From positions 27,263-91,262 of the forward strand of contig JAKSOZ010000001.1 of assembly GCA_024405265.1 (NCBI GenBank): a DNA stretch of 64,000 bases. Reading direction: 5' to 3'. This DNA is from Kiritimatiellia bacterium. GTDB lineage: Bacteria; Verrucomicrobiota; Kiritimatiellia; RFP12; UBA1067. The notes beneath the pieces are model-generated. The model was not told the DNA's origin. It ran no database searches and worked only from the letters and a program-made list of their open reading frames with translations. The position numbers and the translations under genes are program-made. Shown one piece after another: positions 1 to 10,526 of this stretch; the first letter of the stretch is position 1, and each line of letters opens with the position of its first letter.

Positions 1-120
1 GATTACGTCGCTGATGGCGACATCACCGTCGAGAAGTATCTCGAGGGCGTTTCGAAGGCCTGCGGCGGTGCGCCGATCACCATCAAGCGCTTCACGCGCC
101 TCCAGCTCGGAGCCTAAGAC

Positions 121-343
121 GATGGAAGCGACCATTCGCGCCAAACTCGAAGAACTCAGGATCGGCCTCCAGAATGATGGGGGCGATCTTGAGCTCGTTA
201 AAATCGAAGGCAAGGTCGTTTATTTGAAGCTGGTCGGTCATTGCGGAAGCTGTCCTTTCGCGATGATGACCTTGAAGCAGGGTATTGAGGTAGCTCTCAA
301 GGAAATCGACCCTGAAATCACCGTCGAAAGAGTCGTGGAATAA
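121..343 (+). CDS. NifU-like Fe-S cluster assembly domain protein (may start upstream at 14)
   Basis: C-terminal motif LVGHCGSCPFAMMTLKQGIE typical of NifU C-terminal domain; ORF 14..343. Confidence 0.55.
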
Positions 344-939
344 TGAAGACTTTCAACGTATCTCTCGTTGGTGTAGGTGGTCAGGGTATTATCCTGACTG
401 CCGATTTGCTCGCTGCTGCGGCTGCCATTGCCGGTAAGGACGTCAAGAAGTCCGAAATTCATGGTATGGCTCAGCGCGGCGGTTCGGTTATTTCTCAGGT
501 TCGCTTCGGCGAATCGGTCGCATCGCCGATCATTCAGGAAGGTACGAGCGATATTCTCGTTTCCTTCGATCGTCTTGAGGCGCTCCGTTGGGGCCATCTC
601 CTCGCCGAAGACGGCAAGGTTCTCCTCAACGACATGGATCTCGTCCCGATTACCGTTTCTTCCGGTCAGCAGCCGGCGGTAACCGATCTTGATGAGCGTA
701 TCGCGAAAGCTTATCCTAAGGCGATTATCATCGATGCGATGAAGATCGCGAAGGACGAAGTCGGCAATGAGCGCACGATGAACATGGTTATCGCGGGAGC
801 CTTGTCGACGCTCGTCGATATCGACGAAGCTTGCTTCATTAAGGCGATGGAAGAAAAGCTTACGGGAGCTAAGGCGAAGCTCCTCGAGGTCAACAAGAAG
901 GCCTTCGAACTCGGCCGCGCCGCTGCTATCGGGGAGTGA
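343..939 (+). CDS. iorB: indolepyruvate:ferredoxin oxidoreductase subunit beta
   Basis: 198-aa product with N-terminal GxGGQG fold typical of the IorB/PorG family; precedes a phenylacetate-CoA ligase as in ior-paaK clusters; stop overlaps next start region. Confidence 0.7.
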   Translation: MKTFNVSLVGVGGQGIILTADLLAAAAAIAGKDVKKSEIHGMAQRGGSVISQVRFGESVASPIIQEGTSDILVSFDRLEALRWGHLLAEDGKVLLNDMDLVPITVSSGQQPAVTDLDERIAKAYPKAIIIDAMKIAKDEVGNERTMNMVIAGALSTLVDIDEACFIKAMEEKLTGAKAKLLEVNKKAFELGRAAAIGE

Positions 940-947
940 GTTTCGAT

Positions 948-2225
948 ATGGGAATGTGGAATAGAGCTGCCGAAACGATGTCGAGAGACGAGCTGAATAA
1001 GGTTCAGCTCGAAGGACTTAAAAAGTCTCTTCGTCGTGTTTGGGGTAATGAGTTCTATCGTTCCCGTCTTCTTAAAAGTGGAATCACTTCCCCCGAGGAA
1101 GTGAAGTCGCTTGATGATTTGAAGAAGCTTCCGTTCTTCACGAAGGACGATTTCCGCGAAGCTTATCCCCTTAAAATGAATTGCGTCGACCGCAAGGAAC
1201 TCCTCGAGTTCCATATGTCGTCGGGTTCGACGGGTACGCCGGTAGTTATGGCGTACACGAAAAACGATTTGAATCAGTGGGCCGAGTGCATGGCGCGTTG
1301 CTATGCGATGGCTGGGCTCGAAAAGGGCGATGCGCTTCAGATCATGCCGACTTTCGGGCTTTTCAACGGTGGCTTCGGTTGCTATCACGGTTCGCGCAAG
1401 GCGGGGCTCTTTACTATTCCCGCGTCCTCCGGCAATACCGAGCGGCAGATTCGCTTGATGCGTGATTTCCATGCGAAGGGCTTCGTTTCGGTCGTCTCTT
1501 ATGTGCCGCGCATTATGGAAATGCTTGATGCTCAGGAAGATCATGATATTCCTTCCTTGCGCGTCGGTATCTTCGGTTCCGAGACTTTCTCCGATGAAAT
1601 GCGCCGCAAGATCGAAAAGCGCCTCCATATCGAGTGCTTCGATATCTACGGCATGACCGAAACCGGCGGTATCGGTACTACCGGCCAGGATTGCAAGGAA
1701 CATTGCGGTATCCATGTTTGGGAAGATCAGTACATTACCGAGATTATCGATCCTGTGACGGGCGAAGTTCTCCCCGATGGTGAGTATGGTGAGGCGGTCT
1801 TCACTTCGCTTACGCGCGAAGCGATGCCGATTATCCGCTATCGTACTCACGACATTACGCGTATTCTTTCCCGCGAAAAGTGTGCCTGCGGCCGCACTTC
1901 TCTTCGCATCGATCGCATCACGGGCCGCACTGACGATATGCTTATCGTCAAGGGCGTCAATTTCTATCCGCGTCAGGTCGAACAGGCGCTTATGGAAATC
2001 CCGGGCGTCAAAGATGAATTTCAGATTATCCTCGAAGAGCGTCACGGCATGACCGACGTTACGATTAACGTCGAAGCCGAAGAGGGGGTTACCGGCCACA
2101 TGGTCGCGAAGCACCTTCGTGAGCGCCTCGGCTTCCTTCCCAAGGGTGATGTGTTCCCGGTCGGTTCGCTTCCCCGCAATGAAGGCAAGGCCAAGCGCGT
2201 CATCCGTCGCAAAATCGAAGATTAA
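948..2225 (+). CDS. paaK: phenylacetate-CoA ligase
   Basis: about 425-aa AMP-forming enzyme; motif SSGSTGTP (AMP-binding) and overall PaaK-like length and organisation; GGGGAG Shine-Dalgarno 11 nt upstream; ORF caller used GTG at 936. Confidence 0.75.
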   Translation: MGMWNRAAETMSRDELNKVQLEGLKKSLRRVWGNEFYRSRLLKSGITSPEEVKSLDDLKKLPFFTKDDFREAYPLKMNCVDRKELLEFHMSSGSTGTPVVMAYTKNDLNQWAECMARCYAMAGLEKGDALQIMPTFGLFNGGFGCYHGSRKAGLFTIPASSGNTERQIRLMRDFHAKGFVSVVSYVPRIMEMLDAQEDHDIPSLRVGIFGSETFSDEMRRKIEKRLHIECFDIYGMTETGGIGTTGQDCKEHCGIHVWEDQYITEIIDPVTGEVLPDGEYGEAVFTSLTREAMPIIRYRTHDITRILSREKCACGRTSLRIDRITGRTDDMLIVKGVNFYPRQVEQALMEIPGVKDEFQIILEERHGMTDVTINVEAEEGVTGHMVAKHLRERLGFLPKGDVFPVGSLPRNEGKAKRVIRRKIED

Positions 2226-2231
2226 AAGTTT

Positions 2232-2307
2232 GGACGATTAGCTCAGTTGGTAGAGCGCTTCCTTTACACGGAAGATGTCGGGGGTCCGAGTCCCTCATCG
2301 TCCACCA
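2232..2307 (+). tRNA. tRNA-Val: tRNA-Val (anticodon UAC)
   Basis: cloverleaf folds by hand: acceptor GGACGAU/AUCGUCC, D-arm GCUC..GAGC, anticodon stem CUUCC/GGAAG with loop UUUACAC, T-arm GGGGG UCCGAGU CCCUC, 3' CCA encoded. Confidence 0.85.
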
Positions 2308-2311
2308 AGCA

Positions 2312-3238
2312 GTGAAAAGAATAAGTGATTTTGTTGTGAGAGAAACTCCGGCGGTTGTAATCGCCGCAGGAGTTATCGCCTACTTTTTCCCCGAAAGCTT
2401 CTGCTGGGTGCGGGGGCTTACTCAGACGCTCATCTTGGGGCTCATCATGCTTACGATGGGACTCACGCTCACGACGGAAGACTTCCGCGCACTAGCGAAA
2501 AGTCCGCTCGACTTGGCGATCGGCGCCGCGGCACAATTCACGATTATGCCGCTCGTAGCCCTCAAGCTCGTAAAACTCCTCGGCTTGAACGAAGGCATCG
2601 CCGTCGGCCTTATTCTTGTCGGTTGCAGCCCGGGCGGCGTTTCTTCGAATTTGATGAGCTTCTTGTGTAAAGGCGACGTCGCGTATTCGGTCGGCATGAC
2701 GACCGTTTCAACGCTTCTCTCTCCGATCATGACGCCGCTTTTGATGCTCTACCTCGCAGGGACGCGAGTCGACGTCGATGCGCTCGGCATGTTCCAATCG
2801 ATCATTTTCGTGACGATTTTGCCGATTATTCTCGGCGTCTCGCTGAATCGTTTCTTCGGCAAAAATCCCCGCTACCAGGCGACGAAGAGCATACTCCCGC
2901 TCATCGCTGTCCTCGCTCTCGCGGCGATTGTCGGGGGCGTCGTCTCCGCTCAAGGTTCGGCCATCGCTAAGTCTGGCCTGATGATTTTCGCCGCGGTTTT
3001 GATCCACAATGGCCTCGGATATCTCCTCGGCTTTTTTGCCGCGGTAGCTTGCCGCTTCCCCATGCCTAAAAGGCGTACGCTGTCGCTCGAAGTCGGCATG
3101 CAAAATGCCGGGCTCGCGACTGTCCTTGCGACGAAGCATTTTCCTTTGCTCCCGGAAGCCGCGATTGCGAGCGCCGTTTCCTGCATTTGGCATTCCGTCT
3201 CCGGTGCTTTGATGTCTCGCTTCTTCGCTCATCACTGA
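2312..3238 (+). CDS. bile acid:sodium symporter (BASS) family transporter
   Basis: multi-TM protein with conserved GLTLTTEDF...AKSP motif of BASS/ASBT family; start directly abuts the tRNA (GTG 2312), so the exact start is uncertain. Confidence 0.7.
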   Translation: MKRISDFVVRETPAVVIAAGVIAYFFPESFCWVRGLTQTLILGLIMLTMGLTLTTEDFRALAKSPLDLAIGAAAQFTIMPLVALKLVKLLGLNEGIAVGLILVGCSPGGVSSNLMSFLCKGDVAYSVGMTTVSTLLSPIMTPLLMLYLAGTRVDVDALGMFQSIIFVTILPIILGVSLNRFFGKNPRYQATKSILPLIAVLALAAIVGGVVSAQGSAIAKSGLMIFAAVLIHNGLGYLLGFFAAVACRFPMPKRRTLSLEVGMQNAGLATVLATKHFPLLPEAAIASAVSCIWHSVSGALMSRFFAHH

Positions 3239-3359
3239 AATATTCCTCTGTTTTTCGCGCGGCTATGCCGTCCTTCTGGTCGAGAATCCCCCTGATGACA
3301 TTGCTCGAATTTGCCTTGAACGCGGCACTTCGTGGCTTGCGTATGGAACTGCTGCGCTT

Positions 3360-3878
3360 TTGCCGCAGATCAGGGATATTCGACTCAGATTTCCGAACGG
3401 GATTCTCTGGAGCGGCTTTTCGCTCGGTACGGAACTTATGATGTCGACTGCGAATCTCGACAATGCGCCCGGCGACAAGTTTATCTACAATGATTTCCTC
3501 TGCCGCTCGAAAGAGCGTCTTATAGTAATGGATCAAGAGCCGAATGGACTTAGGAATATTACGCCCGGCTATTTTGTGTGCCGCGATTTCCCTGAGCGAA
3601 TGCTTGCGCTTTCCGATCATCCTGTTCTCTTTACCGAAGGAGGCCTTGATCGCGATTTTGCGATTGTAAAGTCGATCTTTCCTCAAAACATTACCGCTTA
3701 TCACCAACCTCGGTATGCGAATGTCGAACGATTCCTTGATGATAATTTGCCACGACATCTTTCTCTAATGGAGTACTTCACTCTTTGCAATGTTGATCCC
3801 ACAAATCACTATTACAAGCAGAATCTAGTCGCCGTTTGGCTCGATAAGTTGGAAGAAAAGCTGCAAAACATGGATTGA
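3360..3878 (+). CDS. hypothetical protein
   Basis: 172-aa ORF, no recognisable motif; alternative start MMSTANLD about 3438. Confidence 0.35.
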   Translation: MPQIRDIRLRFPNGILWSGFSLGTELMMSTANLDNAPGDKFIYNDFLCRSKERLIVMDQEPNGLRNITPGYFVCRDFPERMLALSDHPVLFTEGGLDRDFAIVKSIFPQNITAYHQPRYANVERFLDDNLPRHLSLMEYFTLCNVDPTNHYYKQNLVAVWLDKLEEKLQNMD

Positions 3879-3951
3879 CTGCCAAGTCTACACCGATTAA
3901 TAAATCCACGCCGAATCGACTGGGAATATGATTTTATAATAGGCTGCGGAT

Positions 3952-4115
3952 GAGGCGGGAATGATTCGTTGCTGGTGCTCGCTAAATTGCTGCGCAATTT
4001 CCAGGTAAGAAAGCCAGGTCGACATCGATTTTGCGCCTTTCATTTCAATCGGCGTCAAAATCGGGTCGCATGCAGTCTTTCTTACCTGTCGCTGTGCAGG
4101 CTAACGAATCATTCC
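3952..4115. repeat. nested inverted repeat: outer arms GAGGCGGGAATGATTCGTT / AACGAATCATTCCCGCC(CC)TC, inner arms CAGGTAAGAAAG / CTTTCTTACCTG
   Basis: read directly; arms 3952-3972 vs 4092-4115 and 3991-4002 vs 4076-4087. Confidence 0.6.
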
Positions 4116-4190
4116 CGCCCCTCCGTAGCATGAGAATACTATTAAATGCGAGGTTTGTCGCATTACGCGGCATTTGGTATAATACGAGAT

Positions 4191-5246
4191 ATGAATACTA
4201 TTGTTCGATTGTTCAATGAGTTCAAGCATGCAAAATGCTTGGAAGATATTCTTCATTCTTTTGATCCTTATGCGGAAATGTTATTCACGCGCGTTTGCCC
4301 TCCACATGTTAGTCTGACGAGGAAGTGCGATGATGCCGCAAGACTTTACGAACAAAAGTTGAGAATCGCAGCGGGAATTGCGGGTGATTTACCGGAAGAA
4401 TCACCTACCTACGGGACTATCTTTAAGGCAATTGTGGCCGCCGGTGATTTGAAGACCATTTATTATATGCGTGGTGATGCAGTTGAATTTATAAATGAAG
4501 CCAAGCATACGTTAAAACTAACGCCGGACCACTTTATTGATAATTTCTCTAAACCTGTTGTCGTATATGTAGACGATAATCGGCCTATCGTAGATGATAT
4601 AGTCGCCGTTTTAGTCTATTACAATGACGAAACAAAAATTCTATCGTGTATCTATTCATTTCGCACGCCTCAAGGATCGCGAGAGGTCGGGAAAGAGTTT
4701 TATCTAGAAGATTTGTGCGGGAAGCTGTCAAAAGAGATGGTAAGTATCGATGTGACATCAAGTAATACTGCACAGTTTTTATTGGAGGAAGGATATGTAA
4801 AAGAACTTGATGATGTCAATGATAAGATGTATAAGTCTATGGACTTCGTTTTGAAGTTCGTTCTTATGATGCAAGCTGACAAGCAGATCCTTGACATTCA
4901 TCGCACATACAAAGAGTTTAAAGATAAGAAAAAAGAGAGGGAGTCTCGTGGCCTTGTCAGTCACCAAACGGTGGCGTTAACCCAGCGCTACAGGATTCAT
5001 ATGGACAGGTGTCGTACAGATTCGCAGGTGGTCGTGCTCGATAAAGAGGGAAAGATTCTTAAAACCACTATGGTAACCGGATTCATCCGACAGCAACACT
5101 ATGGCCCAGGTAATACATTAGTCAAAACCATTTTTATTGAGCCCCACGAGACGCACGTTTGGATTAACGAAGGACTTAGAATCACAAAGGTGGTTGCGCA
5201 ATTAGGTGCAAATATTTCCCCAAAGCAAGCAGGGAAAATGGTATAA
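4191..5246 (+). CDS. hypothetical protein (AT-rich island gene)
   Basis: 352 aa; TGGTATAAT at 4176-4183 then 7 nt then ATG (leaderless arrangement); no recognisable domain. Confidence 0.5.
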   Translation: MNTIVRLFNEFKHAKCLEDILHSFDPYAEMLFTRVCPPHVSLTRKCDDAARLYEQKLRIAAGIAGDLPEESPTYGTIFKAIVAAGDLKTIYYMRGDAVEFINEAKHTLKLTPDHFIDNFSKPVVVYVDDNRPIVDDIVAVLVYYNDETKILSCIYSFRTPQGSREVGKEFYLEDLCGKLSKEMVSIDVTSSNTAQFLLEEGYVKELDDVNDKMYKSMDFVLKFVLMMQADKQILDIHRTYKEFKDKKKERESRGLVSHQTVALTQRYRIHMDRCRTDSQVVVLDKEGKILKTTMVTGFIRQQHYGPGNTLVKTIFIEPHETHVWINEGLRITKVVAQLGANISPKQAGKMV

Positions 5247-5389
5247 TATTAGCAGATAGACGATAGTAATATCGTTGCCGCGCGCTGGAACGCGAGTAGA
5301 GAATTTGTAAAGCGCACGGATCGTTTGTCAGAAACCTGGAAAGTTCGAACAAGCAAAGCTACCTCTGCGGAGAGAAATCAAGAGAAGAT

Positions 5390-7392
5390 ATGAGTGATTT
5401 AGGACTTGATTTATTTGGAGCGACAGAGGAAACAGCAAAGAGCGAAGGCCTTCGCAAGCTTGATGTTGTTAAGATGGACTATGTCGGCGCTGAAACGTTG
5501 ACATGGGAAGAGTTGTTTGATGGCTTTGACGATCTAAAGGCGATTACGTTTTCTTCAGGCATCGGGTTTGTCGAGAAGCTTCTTCGTCGGTTTAAGACAG
5601 CTGAGATCATCTTCGGATGCGAAGAGGTGATTTCCGGTACCATGCAAGATGCAATGGCATTTCAGACACTCCTTCTGGAGCGCATTCGTAAGGATGCCAC
5701 AAAGACGCTTCAGTCGATTATTGAGCGTATTGAGTCCGAATCATTGCATCTTTATGTGTCTCGAAATCGACTCTCTCATGAGAAGGTGTATCTTCTTTCT
5801 GCAGAGGATGGACGTAAGCGCGTCGTAATGGGCTCGGCGAATATGTCCTTCAATGCGTTTTCGGGGCGGCAACGCGAAAACATTTGCTATATTGATGGAG
5901 ATAGCGCGTACGATTGGTATCTTGAGAGTTTTAATGATCTCAAGCGCGAGAGTGTAGATGAGATTTCAAAGAAAGCGCTTGTCGCGGCAGATGCGGTTGA
6001 GAACATTGATTCATTGCCGATTGCTGAGACAGTAAAGGTTAAGAAGGCGATTTATATTGAACCGGTTCAAGAGGCAAAAGAGGATGTACGCTTTATACTT
6101 GATGTACATCAGCTCTCTGGGAAGTTGGCGCCAAGTATGCCTGTAATAACAAAGGCGGATAAGAAGACAGGGCGCACGCTGATCGTCCCCGATACAATTG
6201 TTAAAGTGCGCCGTCAACTCGTTCAAGAGGAAGAGAGGGAGAAGGTTCAGCGCGACGAATACCCGCAACTCGATGTTAATGTAGAGGAAGCTGTCGTTCG
6301 TTTGAATAATAAAGAACTTGATCTTAATCCAACACCTGAAGAGGTTAAAACTGATGTTGAACTGTATCTTAAGTACATGGACGGGTATTCGAAGTTCCAT
6401 GGTGCTTGGGAGGATATGCAACGGCGTTACTTTGAGTTCGCTAATTGGTTTTTCTGTACTCCGTTTATGGCAGTAATGCGTGATACTGCCGTGCGCTATG
6501 ATCGGGGTCTTCTTGCATATCCAGTCTTCGGGCTGTTATATGGGCAAAGTAAGGCTGGAAAGACGACATTCCTCGAGACGTTGCTCAAAATGATGATTGG
6601 ACAGAAACAAAGATTTCGGCGCCGGACTTCACAAGAAGCGTTATATTTGCGCTCAAGAAGAATGTGCATGGGGCGCCGATTATTGTTGACGATCTTACGC
6701 AGGCGCGCTTTAGTCAGCATGCGGTTGAGACAATAAAGTGGGATGATTATGGTGTTAATGAGCATAATTTGACTTATCCTGCTGTTGTCATAAGTGCAAA
6801 TGAAGACGTTAAAGCAATCGCCCATGAAGTTACGCGGCGCACTGTTGTTTGCAGAGTTCAGGCGGGGTTAACTAATACTGAGGTTATGAAAAGTAATATC
6901 ATTCGCTCTGTGCAAAAGAAGATGGGAACTGCGTTTTATCGAGAGTATCTTCGCCGAATGCTTGAGCAAGTGCCTGAACTTTTGGATGCGATTAAGAATG
7001 ATGAAGTCGAAGAGTCTCCGGATATTCTGAAGCTCTCGTCTGAGGTCATAGTATCGATAATCAAGGAGCATAGCGATAAGTCTCCTTCTTATGTTAGAGA
7101 ACTCTCGCTGGGAAGTTATTTTGATGAAGATGTGACAGGTAAATATGCCATTGAGGCGATTCAGCGTTCCTGGCGCACGAGCAGGGCTTCTTTTGAAATT
7201 AGTAAGAAATCGAATGAACTTCGGTACAACGCTGGAACAACTTATGATGTTGACAGGTTGCTAAAAGAGCTTCCTGAAACATTGGAGCCACGACGTTCAA
7301 GAGACTGGCTTATTGTTAATCTTGATGAGGCAAAGAAGTTCTTTAAAGTAGACTTTGAGCCAACGATTATGGAACGTTTGTTTGGGAGGTAA
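5390..7392 (+). pseudogene. PLD-family (single HKD) nuclease domain fused to P-loop NTPase; reading frame broken near 6600-6615
   Basis: HEKVYLLSAEDGRKRVVMGSANMS = HxK(x4)D(x6)GSxN motif; Walker A GQSKAGKTT; ORF 5390..6736 and ORF 6664..7392 are one protein shifted by one frame (frame-1 continues TETKISAPDF...NVHGAPIIVDD upstream of 6664). Confidence 0.55.
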
Positions 7393-7395
7393 TAT

Positions 7396-8025
7396 ATGCT
7401 TTATCTAGTGCTGATATTAATATTTGCTTTTCTTATAGCAATCAAGACGTTAGATTGCTATCTCAGATCTGCAAAAGGTAAAGGGGTGCTCGGAGAGAAG
7501 CTTGTATCCATGCGCTTGCGTGATGGGTTGGGGCCGGAATATGAGATTCTAAATGATATTTACTTGCCGACACAAGATGGTGCTACAACACAAATTGACC
7601 ATGTGGTGGTCAGCAAATACGGTATTTTCGTAGTTGAAACTAAGAATTATTCTGGCTGGATTTTTGGAGACGCGAAGGCTGCAAAATGGACGAAAAGCGA
7701 TTATGGGAAGAAGAGTCAGTTTCAAAATCCGATGCGGCAGAACTATCGTCATATATGTGCGCTCTCAGAGAACCTTGGGATCCCCAAAGACTACTTTATT
7801 GGGATTGTAGCCTTTTGTGGTACAGGGGAATTTAAGACGGAAATGCCTGAGGGCGTTGTTTATTCTAGGCGTGCGGCTAAATATATCAAGAGCTATTCGA
7901 GTCAGATTATTAAGGACGAACAGGTTCATGAAATCGCAGAGGTGATTTTGGAATGGCAGGCAACGCTTTCTAAGCAGCAAATAGCTGCGCACGTCCAGAA
8001 TCTTAATGTCAGGCATGCTAAGTAA
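7396..8025 (+). CDS. NERD (nuclease-related) domain protein
   Basis: N-terminal TM helix then NERD core (LNDIYLP...IDHVVVSKYGIFVVETKNYSGWIFG); 4 nt after previous gene. Confidence 0.65.
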   Translation: MLYLVLILIFAFLIAIKTLDCYLRSAKGKGVLGEKLVSMRLRDGLGPEYEILNDIYLPTQDGATTQIDHVVVSKYGIFVVETKNYSGWIFGDAKAAKWTKSDYGKKSQFQNPMRQNYRHICALSENLGIPKDYFIGIVAFCGTGEFKTEMPEGVVYSRRAAKYIKSYSSQIIKDEQVHEIAEVILEWQATLSKQQIAAHVQNLNVRHAK

Positions 8026-8043
8026 GGAGTTGCGAGGGAAAGG

Positions 8044-8892
8044 ATGCGATGTATGAAAAAAGGGGTTATTTATATTCTTACCAATCCGAGCTTCCCTAGC
8101 TATGTAAAGATTGGATATGCGGATGATGTAGATGCGCGGGTTAATCAACTTAACTCTAGTAGCGCAGTGCCTTTTTCGTTTCATACATATGCAACTCTTG
8201 AGGTGGAGAATCGTTGTAGCGATAAGTACGTCCACAATCTGATCGACATGATGAGGCCAGAACTTCGGAGCGTGGAGAAAAATAATATTGGTAAGATTAC
8301 TCGCCAGAGAGAATTCTTTCGTATGGAGCCGGATGAAGCATATGATGTCCTCGAGCAAATCGCTGGCTTGACCGGAGGGAAACTGACTCTTTCGGATGAG
8401 ACCAAGAATGAGACCGAAGAGAAGAAGGTTGCGGCTATCGAGATGGGTAAGTTTCAAGACACTTTGAATGCGCGTCGCAACTTCTGGTCTCAGCTTATTG
8501 ATTATGCAAATAAGAATAGCCGTTACGTAGAATTATTCTCTACCGAAAGGAAGGCCTCGCAAGATCATTGGCTTAACTTTGCATGCGGATCTAAGTATGC
8601 TCATATAGCACTGACCGTTAATACTCGTCATAATGGGATCGCAGTAGAATTTTATATACCGAAGCACAAAGCGTTGTATTCTAAGCTTGAGCAGAATCGT
8701 AAGGAAATCGAGAATGATTTAGGGTTTGAGTGTGAATGGCAACCGCTAGAAGACAAAAATGCGTCTAGGATCATTATACGTAATGAACTAGGTGATTTTA
8801 GAAAATTTGACGATAAAACTCGCAACATGGCTTTCGAGTGGCTTATTGATAAACTCGTTGTTATGCGGACGGTCTTCGCGAAGTATTATTGA
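8044..8892 (+). CDS. GIY-YIG / T5orf172-family nuclease domain fused to DUF4268-like C-terminal domain
   Basis: GVIYILTNPSFPSYVKIGYADD start typical of T5orf172/GIY-YIG; C-terminal region resembles DUF4268. Confidence 0.6.
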   Translation: MRCMKKGVIYILTNPSFPSYVKIGYADDVDARVNQLNSSSAVPFSFHTYATLEVENRCSDKYVHNLIDMMRPELRSVEKNNIGKITRQREFFRMEPDEAYDVLEQIAGLTGGKLTLSDETKNETEEKKVAAIEMGKFQDTLNARRNFWSQLIDYANKNSRYVELFSTERKASQDHWLNFACGSKYAHIALTVNTRHNGIAVEFYIPKHKALYSKLEQNRKEIENDLGFECEWQPLEDKNASRIIIRNELGDFRKFDDKTRNMAFEWLIDKLVVMRTVFAKYY

Positions 8893-8903
8893 TTGGCGGT
8901 GGT

Positions 8904-9119
8904 ATGGAAAGATATACTGAGTATAAGGTGATTCGTGTTAGCGAGAGCGGACTAGCGACGATTCTCTTGGGTGCGTCGGTTTTGCCGATGAAGAAGCTTG
9001 AGAAGGAGCTTAACAAGTATGCGCGAGATGGTTGGCAGGTCGTGTTCGAGACGATCGAGCGCCAGCGCTATCTCCTCTTCTGGACGCGTGAATCTATGAT
9101 CGTTACGCTAGGGCGATAA
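8904..9119 (+). CDS. DUF4177-like small protein
   Basis: ERYTEYKVIRV...ARDGWQVV pattern; overlaps end of previous gene (operon). Confidence 0.5.
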   Translation: MERYTEYKVIRVSESGLATILLGASVLPMKKLEKELNKYARDGWQVVFETIERQRYLLFWTRESMIVTLGR

Positions 9120-9183
9120 TATTTTTCCATAAATTATTGGAAAATTGGTCTGAACTCTTTTCTATATCACAAGAAATTCGACA

Positions 9184-9696
9184 ATGAACTATAATGACAA
9201 CAAAGTTTCGATGTCTAGTATTGTAGATGTGTTGAGAACTATCTTCCTGACAAATCATTTTGCTTCGCGGGCTTCGATCAATAAGTTGTTTGAGGGATGT
9301 AACTACGATTTGCTTGATGCAGCGTTTGAGTGCTTATGCGATAGCCTGGAAATTAATCTTGTGGATGCAGGACGTGCCAAAATTGCTCATATTAGGAATG
9401 ATGTGTATTATTTAAAACCTTGGTGTGATAAAAGAAAAGATGAATTAGGTGTTACTTCGGCAGAAGCAGTAATTATATTTACATTGTTAGATGAGGTGCG
9501 GTATGGGACACGGAGCACAATCGAAATTCGTCTTTGTGAGGCAATGCATCATGGCATTATAATAGATTGTGACAAATTCTTTAATTTTGCGAAAGGATTA
9601 TATCGACGACACCTTGCGAATATGATAGGAAATATTAACAATCAAGGTGAGTCTGCTAAGTTCGTTCAAGCGGTTAGATATTTGACGGGAAAATAG
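9184..9696 (+). CDS. hypothetical protein
   Basis: 170-aa ORF in AT-rich island, no motif. Confidence 0.4.
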   Translation: MNYNDNKVSMSSIVDVLRTIFLTNHFASRASINKLFEGCNYDLLDAAFECLCDSLEINLVDAGRAKIAHIRNDVYYLKPWCDKRKDELGVTSAEAVIIFTLLDEVRYGTRSTIEIRLCEAMHHGIIIDCDKFFNFAKGLYRRHLANMIGNINNQGESAKFVQAVRYLTGK

Positions 9697-9787
9697 AAAT
9701 TATTTTGTAACAGGGGATGGTGTTGTTATATAAAGGCGGATAGAATAAGGTAATTCGATCTGTGTCGAATTTGTGCCGCGTTATTAA

Positions 9788-10120
9788 TCAACCTTCGTAC
9801 GACAACACAATTCTATGTGGGACGCGGCGGATTAGGACTTTTGCCGCGGAAAAGGGGATGTAGGGTGAATGTTCGAAGAAGAGATGTCTTAGGCGAGTGG
9901 TTATGTATTTATCTGGTGTTGGGAAGAGTTCAGGTTTTGAAGTGTAAATCTCTTGCGGAATAGAATTGCCGCGGAGGGTGTCGCCGGGCTTCATGTATAG
10001 GTATAGGGCACGAGCCAAAAGCATCGTGCCAGTGTCCATCCATTCAAGGTGGTAGGCGTCTTTCATGCGGGCGAAGGTTTCGCCGTGGAAGGCAATCGAG
10101 TATTCTAGTTTGACTTTCAT
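9788..10120 (-). CDS. hypothetical protein
   Basis: 110-aa ORF; minus-strand GGTATAATATAGAT immediately followed by ATG (leaderless consensus promoter at 10121-10136). Confidence 0.4.
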   Translation of the reverse strand: MKVKLEYSIAFHGETFARMKDAYHLEWMDTGTMLLARALYLYMKPGDTLRGNSIPQEIYTSKPELFPTPDKYITTRLRHLFFEHSPYIPFSAAKVLIRRVPHRIVLSYEG

Positions 10121-10526
10121 ATCTATATTATACCGGATTTGCTTCCCTTTGTCCGGTTCCCAATTCTGCCGCGCGGTGTAATAAGATTCGGCTGGGACGG
10201 AGTGGGACCCATGCCGAATCTTCTCTTCTAAAGGCGGGTCGACTTGGCGTACGCGTAGCGTATCGCCGACAAAGACACGCAGTGTTTATTTTTTTTTGTG
10301 GATGGATATTATAAGCGCGGAGGGGTGGATGGCGAGAGGCGGCCTACATAGCGACGGCGAAGAAAGCATGCAGCGACCCGATTTCGACGCCGGTTGAAAT
10401 GAAAGGCGCGAAATCGATGTCGACCTTGCTTTCTTAGCCGGGAATCGCTTGCGATTCAGCGAGTATCGCCGCCCCTCGCCATCAACCCCGTAGCGCTGAA
10501 TGCTTGGATGTGGTATAATATAAGGT

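Noticed and set aside
711-2114. 467-aa ORF antisense to paaK
   Set aside because: Lies entirely inside a well-supported paaK frame, has Arg/Ser-rich low-complexity translation, and no promoter/RBS.
5390-7392. Treating 5390..6736 and 6664..7392 as two separate genes
   Set aside because: The second ORF's frame stays open upstream across the overlap and continues the P-loop NTPase domain. A single frameshifted gene is more parsimonious.
10283-10291. T9 homopolymer
   Set aside because: It is intergenic and not positioned in a promoter spacer or coding region. It is unlikely to be a phase switch.
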